DNA of 64,000 bases, from the NCBI GenBank assembly GCA_051313645.2, contig JBNRSN020000007.1, forward strand, positions 237,770,001-237,834,000. Direction: 5' to 3'. Below, piece after piece: positions 49,016 to 61,402 of this stretch. Under the pieces are notes generated by a model. The model saw only the letters and a program-made list of their open reading frames with translations, was not told the origin of the DNA and did no database searches. The stretch's first letter is position 1. Each line of letters opens with the position of its first letter. Source of the DNA: Centroscyllium fabricii. Taxonomy: Eukaryota. The translations under genes were made by a program, and so were the position numbers.

Positions 49016-49903
49016 AGCGAGAGTCTAACCACCTCCCCTTGATATTCAATGGCATTACCGTCGCCGAATCTCCCGCTATCAACATCCTGGGTATATCAAC
49101 ACAGTATATATGCTGTGTTTAAATGAATCTCGTCACTTTTTTCCTGAAAAAGGAGCTGTGCTCCGAAAGCTTGTGATTTCAAATAAAACTGTTGGACTAT
49201 AACCTGGTGGTGTGTGGTGACTTCTTACAAACATCCTGGGGGTCACCATTGACTAGAAACTTAACTGGACCAGCCACGCTGTGGCAACAAGAGCAGGTCA
49301 GAGGCTGGGTATTCTGTGGCGAGTGTCTCACCTCCTGACTCCCCAAAGCCTTTCCACTATCTACAAGGTACAAGTCAGGAGTGTGATGGAATACTCTCCA
49401 CTTGCCTGTATGAGTGCAGCTCCAACAACACTCGAGAAGCTCGACACCATCCAGGGCAAAGCAGCCCGCTTGATTGGCACCGCATCCACCACCTTAAACA
49501 TTCACTCCCTCCACCACCGGTGTACCATGGCTGCAGTGTGTACCATCTACAAGATGCACTGCAGCAACTCACTAAGGCTTCTTCAGCAGCACCTCCCAAA
49601 TTTGCAACATTTTCCACCTAGAAGGACAAGGGCAGCAGGCACATAGGAACACCACCACGTCCAAGTTCCCCTCCAAGTCAAACACCATCCTGACGTAGAA
49701 GTATATCGCTGATCCTTCATTGTCGCTGGGTCAAAATCCTGGAACTCCCTACCTAACAGCACTGTGGGAGTACCTTCACCACACGGACTGCAGCGGTTCA
49801 AGGTGGCGGCTCACCACCACCTTCTCGAGGGCAGCTAGGGATGGGCAATAAATGCTGGCCTTGTCAGCAACTCACAGATCCCATAACCGAATAATAAAAA
49901 AAA
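49016..49903 (+). mobile_element. 3' fragment of the CR1/L2-group LINE with a small Penelope insert (49092-49229)
   Basis: RAGQRLGIL..YKVQVRSVMEYSPL and a poly-A tail. The insert carries a CTGA..GGAGC..GCTCCGAAAGCTT core and is flanked by duplicated AACATCCTGGG. Confidence 0.85.
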
Positions 49904-50558
49904 AGTAGGCCATACGGCCCCTCAAGCCTGCTCCACCATTCAATACGATCACGGCTGCTCTACGACCTCAACTCCACTTTCCTGCCCTATCCCCATATCC
50001 CTTGATTCCCCAACATTCCAAAAATCTATATATCTCAACCTTGAATATACTCAACAGCTGAGCATCCACAGCCCTTTGGGGCAGAGAATTCCAAAGATTC
50101 ACAACCCTCTGTGAAGAAATTCCTCTTCATTTCAGTCTTAAATGGCCGACCCCTTATCCTGAGACTATGCCCCCTAGTCCTAGACACTCCAGCCAGGGGA
50201 AACAACTTCTCAGCATCTACCCTGTCAATCCCCTTCAGTATCTTGCATGTTTCAATGAGATCACCTCTTATTCTTCTAAACTCCAGAGAGTAGAGGCCCA
50301 TTATACACAATCTCTCATCATAGGACAGCCCTCTCATCCCAGGAATCAATCTAGTTAACCATTGTTTCACCGCCTCCAAGGCAAGTATATCCTTTCTTAG
50401 ATAAGGAGACCAAAATGGTACAGGTTACTCCAGGTGTGGTCTCACCAAAGCCCTGTACAATTGTTAGCAAACCTTCCTTACTCTTGTACTCTAACCCTCT
50501 AGTAATAAAGGCCAACATGCCATTTGCCTTCCGAATTGTTTGCTGTACTTGCATGCTG

Positions 50559-52708
50559 AGGTGTGGGGATTTGGCGGGTTTCCAGCGGGTTAGGTTTCCC
50601 ACACGAATCCTAAAGGGCCTGGGAGCCCCACGCAATTTTGGCTCAATTGGCCAATTGATTTCCAGCGTGTGGGAACCCTTGGCAATTGACTCTTTCCAGT
50701 CAGAAAGTCACACAATATGATGTAATCGTTGCTGGTGCATTTCAGGTCCACAACAAGCCTTGTTTCTGCTGCGGACTGCCAACCTTCTGCCCTTTCATGA
50801 CAGAGGGACCGGGAGGCAGAATGACCATCGAGAGACCTAGGTCTGCTTCTAGCTTTGCTGATGTGGCCCTGCAAGCTTCATTTCAGGGAGCAGGAGCTCA
50901 TAAAGAGGTGCTCTTCCCTTCTTCAGGAAAGAAGAAGTCTCCCCGGCAGGCTGTGTGGATCCAGGTGGCAGAGGAGGGCAACTCATTATCAGTACCCCAC
51001 AGAACCTGGATTCAGTGCAGGAAGAGATTTCATGACCTGCACACTGGAAAAGTAAGGAAGGAATTCCCATCACCCTCAATCTGATCCTCCAGGCCTTTCC
51101 TCACCAGCACTCAGCTTCAGCAACCTCTTCCTCCACATCCCACTTGACACTCACAGCCATACACCCTTACCCACTCCCTCTCTATGCTCACATTCACATA
51201 ACTATTCCACCATGCAGCCCTCATACTCCCTATCACTCTGATGCTATGAAAACAACTGACAACACAGGGAGGGCCCTTGGTCTTGCCACCTCACTCCATA
51301 TTTGTCTCCTCCTTCTAAGTATATATGCTATAGAATGTCTACACTTACTCCTTCATTCTCACTCAACCTCCACTTGTCTCCCTCATGCAGGAAAAGAGAG
51401 CTCACAATAAGTGAGAGAGTGAGGACAGGAGGAGGGCCACCCTCACGAGCTCACCTCACTCCCTGGGAGGAGGCAGTCTTGGGGATCGTAGGGTGGAGGA
51501 AGAAGCGCAAGTGGGGGATGGACAGACAGGTGCATCACAGCAAGCTGGTGACAGATTAGTTCTCCAGCCCTCTCATTGACATTGCATGAGTCACTGATAA
51601 TGATTGAGGCTATAACAGATGGACTTATGATCATCTGCAATATGCAAGGTGCATGTAACCTTGGCATCACATCTCTGACTCTTTCCTTTACTCCCCCACA
51701 GGACCATCGCAAGCAGCCATCCCCACTAGACAGGAGGGATAGCCTGACCATCCAGACTCCTCAGAGGAAGCTGCAACCTCTGAGGGCGCAGCATCAGCAG
51801 AATTAAGTGCACCCAGCACCAACGCAGACACTCACACCTCGGGGGGTCCTTCAGGACATAGAGTAGTGTTGGCACCTGGTGTCTCACGGCTCACAAGTGA
51901 GCATCAGCAGATGGTGGCGACAGGGGCAGCAGTGGAGAGTCCTAGTCGGAGGGCGCAGGACTCTGCCAGCTCGGCTCAGCTGCATGTTGACCCTCTGCCT
52001 CTGGGTCTATCCATAAGATCGGCAGTGCTGGAACTCCAGGAACAGATGCAGGAGTGGGTGGGTGAGCAGCAGCCTGGTGCTCCTGTTGCTGCTGCTGTTC
52101 CTGGTTCTGCTGGTGCCGCGGCTGGTGTGGGAACTTATCTAATGCCCAGAAAGGATTGAAATAAATGGCTTCCATGCTTCTGGCATATGCCTCCGCTGAG
52201 GAAGCGCTGAGTGAAGGTGCCGAGAGGGGTTTCCCAGGAGTTCACACTGGAGATGTGTGTGAGGCTCCAACTTTCCACAGGTGTGATTAAGACTTCTAAA
52301 AGTTTCCCCAATCCTGAAAGAATAAGGTCCTGCCACCTGCATACGATGGCTGATTCAATCTCATACTTTATGATGGAGCTGCTGCTGAGAGTCAGCAAGC
52401 CGATTGTGTCCCCGCCAGGTTTCAGCGGTGGGGTTTCCAGCTGGTGGGTTTTGTGTGGGAAGCAGCTGAAAATCGCAAGGGCCCTTAAAATGGCATTATA
52501 GATGCCAATTAAGGATGATTAAGGTGCCTAAAGACCATTCCTGCCGGTTGCGGGCGGGAAAGATTCAGGTCGACCAGACACGGCACGGGGGAATCGGAAA
52601 GCGTCGAAAAACCGGCGGGAGGGGTTGGGACCCGCCCGGTTTTACAATTCTGCAGCCTGGCCCACCCCACCGAAAAGCCCGCCTGATGGCTCAAGGAAAA
52701 TTGACCCC
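50559..52708 (+). mobile_element. Harbinger-type element carrying a decayed Myb/SANT-like gene; left TIR lost
   Basis: Exon from 50821 reads F..VAL...KEVLF...W..VAEE.NS...RTWIQCRKRFHDL, donor gtaagg; the next exon has EKRAHN..RTGGGP; right TIR AAAATTGACCCC. Confidence 0.8.
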
Positions 52709-52942
52709 TCTGTGTATCCTGTACGAGGACACCTAAATCTCTCTGAACACCAACATTTAAAAAAAAAAGTTTCTCTCCATTTAAAAATATTCTTTTTTTA
52801 ATTCTTCTTACCAAGGTGAATAACCTCACATTTCCCCACATTATACTCCATCTGCCACCTATTGCCCACTCACTTAGCCTGTCCATATCCCTTTGCAGGC
52901 GCTTTGCGTCCTCCTCACAGCTTAATTTCCCACCTAACTTTG

Positions 52943-55900
52943 TGTGGTAACCCTTGTATATAGTTGTTTACCACTATTATTGTGACAATAATGGGCTGTG
53001 CAGATGTAAGGCACAGCCCCGTATACTGTGTAATACTGTTGGGAGCCAGGTCAGCCACACCTCTAACTCCTCCCCCAGGTGAGGCCCTTTATAGGTGGAA
53101 ACTGACCGAGGCTCCTCATTCCTGTACAGAAGTTCGTTCCGGAGGGTAGCTCCGTTCTTAGCGATTAAAAGCCTTTCGTTTCGGTAACTACTCGTCGACT
53201 CTTTTAATCGGAGATATTGACGATACGTCAATTTTAATCGCTAAGTATTTTAAAATGGAGAGCAGCGCAGTTAAACCTGAGAAGCTGGACATCAGTCCCC
53301 AGGACCTGGCCGCTGCTACCACGTTCGAACACTGGTTCGGCCTCCTGGAGGCCTACTTGGACGCCGCCAAGGCTACATCGGACAGGAACAAATTGCAGGT
53401 CCTCCGGTCGAGGATCTCCAGCAGGGTATTCTCCCTCATCAGGAACGCCTCAACCTACACAGCGGCTGTACTACAACTACGAAAATGCTACGAGCGCCGG
53501 GTCCATTCGGTCTACGCCCGACGTGCTTGCGACCAGATCTCAGCTACCGGGTGAGTCCAATGAGCAGTTCGAGCAAGCGCTCCAGGCCCTGGTACGGGTC
53601 TGTGGCTGCCAAGCCAGAACAGCTGAAGAGGAGGCGGAACTCCTCGTTCGGGACGCTTACGTTACGGGACTAAGGTGTGTGGAAGCCCGCCAGCGGCTAC
53701 TGGAAAGAGACACTCTGTCCCTCGAGGAGGCGATTAAGATAGCCAACTCAGTAGAGGGGGCCCGAAACAAGTTACAGGCGTACAGCAGCACTAACCCGCA
53801 AGCCTATGACATATGGGCCGCGCCACAACGGGCCCAGGCCTGGGCAGCACCACAACGGGCCGAGACCCCCACGATGGCTGCGACAGCCACAAAAGATAAG
53901 CGCTGCTACTTCTGCAGCCAGGGACTGCACCCAAGAGTGAGATGCCCAGCCAGGACAGCGACCTGCGAGAGATGCGCTAAGAAAGGTCATTACGCTAAAG
54001 CCTGCAGATCAGCTCCAGCAGCGCCTAACCCAAGGTACAACAGTGCAGCCTGTGAGAGCACCGACAGACACCAGGTAAGCTGCAATAGCAGCGCGATCCA
54101 GCGACGGTCCGGGGGTAGACAACAAGCGCCCCCATCTCCCACCCCGATGCGGCAAAGGCCGGCCAAGTGCGACCCCCCAACGCGGCCGGCTGCGTGCGAA
54201 TCACGGGCACCGCCAACCCGACCACCGCGGCCCGCTGCGTGCGAATCACGGGCACCGCCAACCCGATCACCGCGGTCCGCTGCGTGCGACCCCCCGGCGA
54301 CGCCATTTTGTATCCAGGGCCCCTCCATGTGCGAGCCAGGGGCGCCGCCATTTTGTATCCAGAGCCCCGCCATGTGCGGGCCAGGGACGCCGCCATCTTG
54401 TATCCAGGGCCCCACCATGTGCGAGCCAGGGGCGCCGCCATCTTGTGTACAGCCCCGACCAGCAAGGGCCCCACGCACACGGAAACGCACGGCTGCGGCA
54501 GCCAGAATCAGAGTGAACCAGGACAGGCCACATACCCTGTCTAACTCTATAATGCCAATTATGATTAACGACTACACTGTTAACTGCCTTTATGACACAG
54601 GAAGCACTTGAGAGTTTCGTACACCCCGATACAGTGCAGCGCTGCGGACTGCAGGTCCGGCCCACTAACTACCAAGTCTCCCTAGCTTCACAGTCCCACA
54701 CCGCGGACGTCACCGACTACTGCTCCGTCACGCTCACCGTCAAGGGGCGCGTGTACCGTAATTTTAAATTGTATACCCTCCAGCAGTTGTGTGCCCCAGC
54801 CTTACTAGGTTTGGATTTCCAGTGCCATCTCAAGAGCGTGAAAATGAAGTTCGGAGGGACCTTGCCCCCCCTCACCGTCAGTAGCCGGGACAATCCCTTC
54901 CCAAAGCGGAGCCCGGCCTGCGGCCACTCCACCCTGAAAATCGACCCCCCCTCGCTGTTCGCCAACCTCGATCCGAAGTGCAAACCCATTGCTACTAAGA
55001 GTCGGCGGTACAGTGAGGGGGATCGCACGTTTATCAGGTCGGAGGTCGGGCGGATGCTGAAGGAGGGGATAATTGAAGCCAGCACCAGCCCCTGGCGCGC
55101 CCAAGTTGTAGTGGTGAAGTCTGGCGAGAAACAGCGGCTGGTTATCGATTACAGCCAGACTATCAACCGCTACACCGGGCTCGACGCCTACCCCCTTCCC
55201 CGCAGCTCAGACATGGTCAACCAGATCGCCCAGTACAAGGTGTTCTCCACGATCGACCTTAAATCGGCGTATCATCAGCTCCCGATTCGGAAAGCCGACC
55301 GCCCCTACACCGCCTTCGAGGCGAACGGTCGGCTCTACCACTTCCTCCGGGTCCCCTTTGGCGTGACCAACGGAGTGTCCGTGTTCCAACGGGAGATGGA
55401 CCGCATGGTTGACCAAAATGACTTGCAGGCCACTTTCCCTTACGTGGACAACGTGACCATCTGCGGCCACGACCAGCAGGACCACGATGCCAATCTGGCC
55501 AAATCCCTCGACACGGCGGACAAGCTGGACCTTACGTATAACAAGGACAAATGTGTCTTTAATACAGACCGGCTCGCCATCCTCGGATACGTGGTGGAGA
55601 ACGGGCTCCTCGGCCCCGACCCACAGCGTATGCGACCCCTGCAAGAACTGCCCCTACCTCACAACCCCAAAGCCTTGAGGAGATGCCTAGGATTTTTTTT
55701 CTCCTATTATGCACAATGGGCCCCACAGTTCGCAGATAAGGCTAGACCACTCCTCAAGGCTGCCGTCTTCCCCCTTTCTATAGAAGCCCAAACGGCATTC
55801 GCAAGGATAAAGGAAGATATTATCAAGGCGACCATGCTCGCTGTTGATGAATCCATCCCTTTCCAGGTGGAGAGTGACGCTTCAGACTTTGCCCTTGCTG

Positions 55901-57745
55901 CCACCCTGAATCAGGCAGGCAGGCCCGTAGCGTTTTTCTCCCGCACCCTACAGGGACCCGAAACTCGCCACTCCGCAGTGGAAAAGGAGGCCCAGGCCAT
56001 CGTGGAGGCCGTGCGCTACTGGCGTCATTACCTGGCCGGTAAGCGTTTTACCCTGCTCACCGACCAACGGTCGGTGGCGTTTATGTTTAATAATAAACAA
56101 CGGGGTAAAATCAAGAATGATAAGATCCTGTGGTGGCGGATCGAACTCTCGACTTACGAGTACGACATTCTTTACCGACCAGGTAAACTCAATGAACCCC
56201 CGGACGCACTGTCCAGGGGAACGTGCGCCAGTGCCCAGCTTGACCAGCTGAAGGACCTCCACGACCGCCTTTGCCACCCGGGTGTCACCAGACTCGCCCA
56301 CTTCGTTAAGTCCCGTAGCCTCCCCTACTCCATCACGGAGATCAAGGCTGTGACCCGAGAGTGCCCTGTCTGCGCCGAGTGCAAACCCCACTTTTTCCGG
56401 CCAGACACGGCGCACCTGATTAGGGCCACCCGCCCCTTTGAACGTCTCAGCGTGGACTTCAAAGGCCCCCTCCCTTCCACCGACCGCAACTCATACTTCC
56501 TCACGGTCGTAGATGAGTTCTCCCGCTTCCCCTTCGCCTTCCCCTGCGCAGATATGACGAGCGCAACGGTGATCAAACACTTCACCACGCTGTTCGCCAT
56601 TTTCGGTCTCCCCAGCTACATCCATAGCGACCGGGGGTCATCGTTCATGAGCGATGAACTGCGCCAGTTTCTGCTCCAGAAAGGGGTTGCCACAAGCAGA
56701 ACGACCAGTTATAACCCCCGGGGGAACGGCCAGGTAGAAAGGGAGAATGGGATCATTTGGAAGGTGGTCACCCTGGCTCTCAAGTCCAGAGGCCTTCCAG
56801 TGTCCCATTGGCAGGCAGTCCTCCCACACGCGCTGCACTCTATACGCTCTCTATTATGTACTGCTACTAACGCCACCCCGCACGATCTGATTTTCTCCTT
56901 CCCCAGGAAATCGACTTCGGGGACAGCTCTTCCTCCATGGCTGACGACTCCGGGACCGGTTTTGCTTAGAAGACATGTCCGGAGCCACAAGACAGACCCC
57001 CTGGTGGACAAGGTACAGCTCCTACACGCAAACCCCCACTATGCATTCGTGCAGTTCCCGGACGGGCGTGAGGACACCGTGTCCATCAGGGACCTGGCTC
57101 CCGCAGGAAGCACCACCGCAGAGCCCCTGGCCGGCCAGCAGGCCGCTCAGCCACTGTATCCAGAAAACCCATCAGACACACGATGGCCCCTGAGCTTCCC
57201 AGAGCCCCGGCAGTGGCCAGTACAGAACTACGACCCAGACGGCGGGGACCAGCCGGATCCATCGCCACCAGAAGCCACGGCACCCGATCAGCGGTCACCA
57301 CCGGCAGATGCGAGTGGTACGAACCAGGAGGCACCACCACCAACACCGGAACGCCGGCGGTCCTCCAGGCAGACACGACCGCCGGACAGACTGATCATGA
57401 ACTGTTCGGCCCATTCACCTCCCCCCCGGACTTAAAATTTTCAAGAAGGGGTGAATGTGGTAACCCTTGTATATATGTTTACCACTGTAATTATTGTACC
57501 AATAATGGGCTGTGCAGATGTAAGGCACAGCCCTGTATACTGTGTAATACTGTTGGGAGCCAGGTCAGCCACACCTCTAACTCCTCCCCCAGGTGAGGCC
57601 CTTTATAGGTGGAAACTGACCGAGGCTCCTCATTCCTGTACAGAAGTTCGTTCCGGAGGGTAGCTCCGTTCTTAGCGATTAAAAAGCCTTTAGTTTCGGT
57701 AACTACTCGTCGACTCTTTTAATCGGAGATATTGACGATACGTCA
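52943..57745 (+). mobile_element. Young full-length Gypsy LTR retrotransposon
   Basis: LTRs 52943-53230 and 57456-57745 (TG..CA, few differences), 5-bp TSD CTTTG, PPT AAGAAGGGGTGAA. Confidence 0.97.
53255..57435 (+). pseudogene. Gag-Pol of the Gypsy element, with two apparent frameshifts (about 53520 and 54608)
   Basis: Gag with CYFC..H..C and C..C..GH...C knuckles; protease LYDTGS; RT (DYSQTINR, DLKSAY, PFG, YVDN); RNase H (SDAS, EKEA, TDQ); integrase (H..CH..C..C, DFKGP, SDRG, VEREN). Pol is open for 947 codons. Confidence 0.92.
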
Positions 57746-58382
57746 CTTTGTATCATCAGCAAACTTGGAGACATTACACTCGGTCCCTTCATCCAAGTCA
57801 TTAATATAGATTGTAAATAGTTGAGGCCCAAGCACTGATCCTTGCAGTGTACCCCACTAGTTACAGCCTGCCAATCTGAAAATGACACGTTTATCCCAAC
57901 TCTGCTTTCTGTCCATTAACCAATCCTTTCTCCATGCTAATACATTACCGCAAACCCCATGAGCCCTTATCTTGTGTATCAACCTTTTTTGTGGCACCTT
58001 ATCAAATGCCTTTTAGAAATCAAAATATACTGCATCCACTTGTTCCCCTTTATCTACCCTGCTAGTTACATTCTCAAAAAACTCTAATAAATTTGTCAAA
58101 CATGATTTCCCTTTCATAAAACTATGTTGACTCTGCTTAATCATATTATGATTTTCTAAGTGCCCTGTTACCACTTCCTTACTAATGGATTCCAGCATTT
58201 TCCTGATGACTGATGTCAGGCTAACTGGCCTGTAGTTCCCTGTTTTCTCTCTCCCTCCTTTCTTGAATAGTGGGGTTATGTTAGCTACCTGGACATAGAA
58301 ACATAGAAACATAGAAAATAGGTGCAGGAGTAGACCATTCGGTCCATCGAGCCTGCACCGCCATTCAATACGTTCATGGCTG

Positions 58383-61041
58383 AACACAAGAACACAAGAA
58401 CTAGGAGCAGGAGTAGGCCAATCGGCCCCCCGAGTCCGCCCCCCCACCCATCAAGATCATTGCTGATCCTACCCTAACCTTCATACCACTATCACCCTTC
58501 TCCCACCCAAAGAACCGTGTGATCTCCTGGGAGAGGTGAAAACCGGATAAAAACCCAGGTCCAATTTGGGAAAAAAATCCGGGAAATTCCTCTCCGACCC
58601 CAATCCAGGCGATCGAAACTTGTCCAGGAGATCACTCAGGTCTTACTATACTAACCATAACTCAGGTCCACTTCCCTGCCCGCTCCCCGTAACCCCTAAT
58701 TCCCTTGTCTGCTAAAAAACAGTCTATTTCGGTTTTAAATTTATTTAATGTTCCCGCTTCCACAGCACCCTGAGGCAGTGAATTCCATAGATTAACCACC
58801 CTCTGGGTGAAGAAGTTTCTCCTCATCTCAGTTTTAAAAGAGCCCCCCCTTATTCTAAGACTATGCCCCCTAGTTCTAGTCTCCCCGATCATTGGAAACA
58901 TACTTGGCGCATCCACCCGATCAAGGCCCCTCACGATCTTATACGTTTCAATAAGATCGCCTCTCATTCTTCTGAACTCTAAAGAGTAGAGTCCCAACCT
59001 ACTTAACCTTTCCTCATATGTCAACCCCCTCATCGCTGGAATTAACCGTGTAAACCTTCTCTGCACTGCCTCCAAGGCAAGTACATCCTTTCTTAAGTAT
59101 GGACACCAAAACTGTACACAGTATTCCAAATGCGGTCTCACCAATACTGTGTACAGCTGCAGCAAGACCTCCCTACTTTTATACTCTATCCCCCTAGCAA
59201 TAAAGGCTAAGACTCCATTGGCCTTCCTAATCACTTGCTGCACCTGCATACTAACTTTTTGTGATTCATGCACTAATACCCCCAAGTCCCTTTGCGTTGT
59301 ATTACCACGCAGCTCCTCCCCCTTTAGAAAATAACTTGCTCTATGATTTTTTTTTCCAAAATGTATAACCTCACATTTATCAGTATTAAATTTCATCTGC
59401 CAAATTGCTGCCCAATCACCTAGCTTATCTATGTCCTTTTGCAGGCTTTTTCTGTCCTCCTCACTCCCTGCTTTTCCTCCCATTTTTGTGTCATCTGCAA
59501 ACTTTGATATATTACACTTGGTCCCCTCCTCCAAATCATTTATATAGATTGTAAACAGCTGGGGTCCCAGCACCGACCCCTGTGGAACACCGCTAGTCAC
59601 CGATTGCCATCCCGAGTATGAACCATTTATCCCCACTCTCTGCTTCCTGTTTGAAAGCCAATCCTCCACCCATGCTACTATATTTCCCCCAATCCCATAA
59701 CTTTTTATTTTAAGCAATAGCCTCTTATGTGGCACCTTGTCAAAAGCCTTTTGGAAGTCCAAGTATACCACATCCACCGGTTCCCCTTTATCCACCCGAG
59801 ATGTTACTTCCTCAAAGAATTCGAGCAAATTAGTTAAACATGACTTCCCCTTCGTAAAACCATGCTGAGTCTGTCCGATTAAGTTATGTTTATCCAAATG
59901 CCCCGTCAGTGTTTCTTTAATAATGGTCTCTAACATTTTACCCACCACAGATGTTAGACTAACCGGTCTATAGTTACCAGCCTTCTGTCTACTTCCCTTT
60001 TTAAATATAGGTGTTACATTAGCCATTTTCCAATCCACCGGGACCCTTCCTGACTCCAGGGAGTTTTGGAAAATTATCACCAATGCATCTACAATCTCCA
60101 CCGCTATTTCTCTCAAGACCCTAGGATGTAATCCATCAGGCCCAGGGGATTTATCCGCCTTAAGTCCCATTAATTTACCTAATACCATCTCCTTAGTGAT
60201 CTTAATAGTGTTTAACTCCTCCATTCCTATAGCCCCCTGTTTATCCAGCGTTGGAATATTTTTAATGTCTTCTACGGTAAAGACTGATACAAAATATTCG
60301 TTTAATGCTTTTGCCATCTCCATGTTCCCCACCAACAAATTCCCAGTCTCACCCTCCAATGGACCAACATTCACCTTAGCCACCCTTTTTCTTTTTATAT
60401 AACTATAAAAACTCTTGCTATTAGTTTTTATGTTTTTCGCTAAATTACTTTCATACTCTATTTTCCCCTTCTTTATTAATCTCTTTGTTATTTTTTGCTG
60501 ACTTTTAAATGCTTCCCAATCTTCTATCTTCCCACTGTATCTGGCTACCTTATATACCCTTGCCTTTAGCCGAATACTATCCTTTATTACTTTACTTAGC
60601 CACGGTTGGCTGTCCTTTCCTATACCCCTTTTTTTCTTCAGTGGAATGTATTTTTCTTGAAGGTTGTACACTAACTCCTTAAAAGTACACCACTGCTCAT
60701 GTACCGTCTTATTCTTTAGTCCGTTATCCCAATCTACTTTAATCAATTCTGTTCTCATACCTTCATAATCTCCCTTGTTTAGACTAAGTACCCTGGTTTT
60801 AGTTTCGAATTGCTCCCCCTCTAGTTGAATATGGAATTCGACCATATTGTGGTCACTCGTTCCAAGAGGGTCCCTAACTATGACATTTTTAATTAATCCT
60901 GCTTCATTACACAGGACCAGATCCAAGATTGCCTCCCCCCTTGTCGGTTCAGTGACATACTGTTCTAAGAACCCATCCCTAATACACTCTATAAACTCTT
61001 CCTCTAGTCTACCCTGCCCAGTTTGATTTGCCCAGTTGATA
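58383..61041 (-). mobile_element. Young 5'-truncated CR1 with uninterrupted ORF2 remainder (58662-60926+) and an extended structured 3' UTR
   Basis: 754+ aa open frame from mid-EN through RT; (TCTTGTGT)n tail. Confidence 0.92.
58519..58635 (-). other. Predicted structured RNA element in the CR1 3' UTR
   Basis: 12-bp closing stem GTGATCTCCTGG/CCAGGAGATCAC with nested helices GGAGAGG/CCTCTCC, CCGGAT/ATCCGG and CCCA/TGGG. Confidence 0.7.
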
Positions 61042-61043
61042 TG

Positions 61044-61402
61044 GACGACACGGTGCCGCAGTGTTTAGCACTGCTGCCTCGCAATAAGGAGCCCCTGGGT
61101 TCAAATCCTGCTTGGCCCAGGACCCCTCTGCGTGGAGTTTGCATGTTCTCCCCGTGTTCATGTGGGTTTCCTCCAGGTACTCCGGTTTCCTCCCACCACC
61201 CAAAGACATGCAGGTTAGGTGAATTGGAGATACTAAAAATTGCCCATGAGTATGTGTGTGAGATATAGTTCTTAGAGTTGGGGGTGTCAGGGGATATGGG
61301 GAGACGGTAGGAGAGGGGTGCTGGGTTTGGATGATCAGCCATGATCTCATCAAAATGGCGGAGCAGGCTCGAAGGGCCTACTCCTGCTCCTATCTTCTGT
61401 GT
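61044..61402 (+). mobile_element. Full-length V-SINE (HE1-like)
   Basis: A/B boxes (CACGGTGCCGCAGTG, GGTTCAAATCC), V-domain and CR1-type tail. Confidence 0.88.

Noticed and set aside
53990-54490. Antisense ORFs with GGAPGSHM repeats
   Set aside because: Shadow frames of the GC-rich gag repeat region.
58605-58635. CGAAAC suggesting a hammerhead in the structured CR1 UTR element
   Set aside because: No CUGAnGA box on either strand in the right geometry.
61044-61120. tRNA-like A/B boxes (also at 17640-17718)
   Set aside because: SINE heads followed by a V-domain and LINE tail, with no complete cloverleaf.
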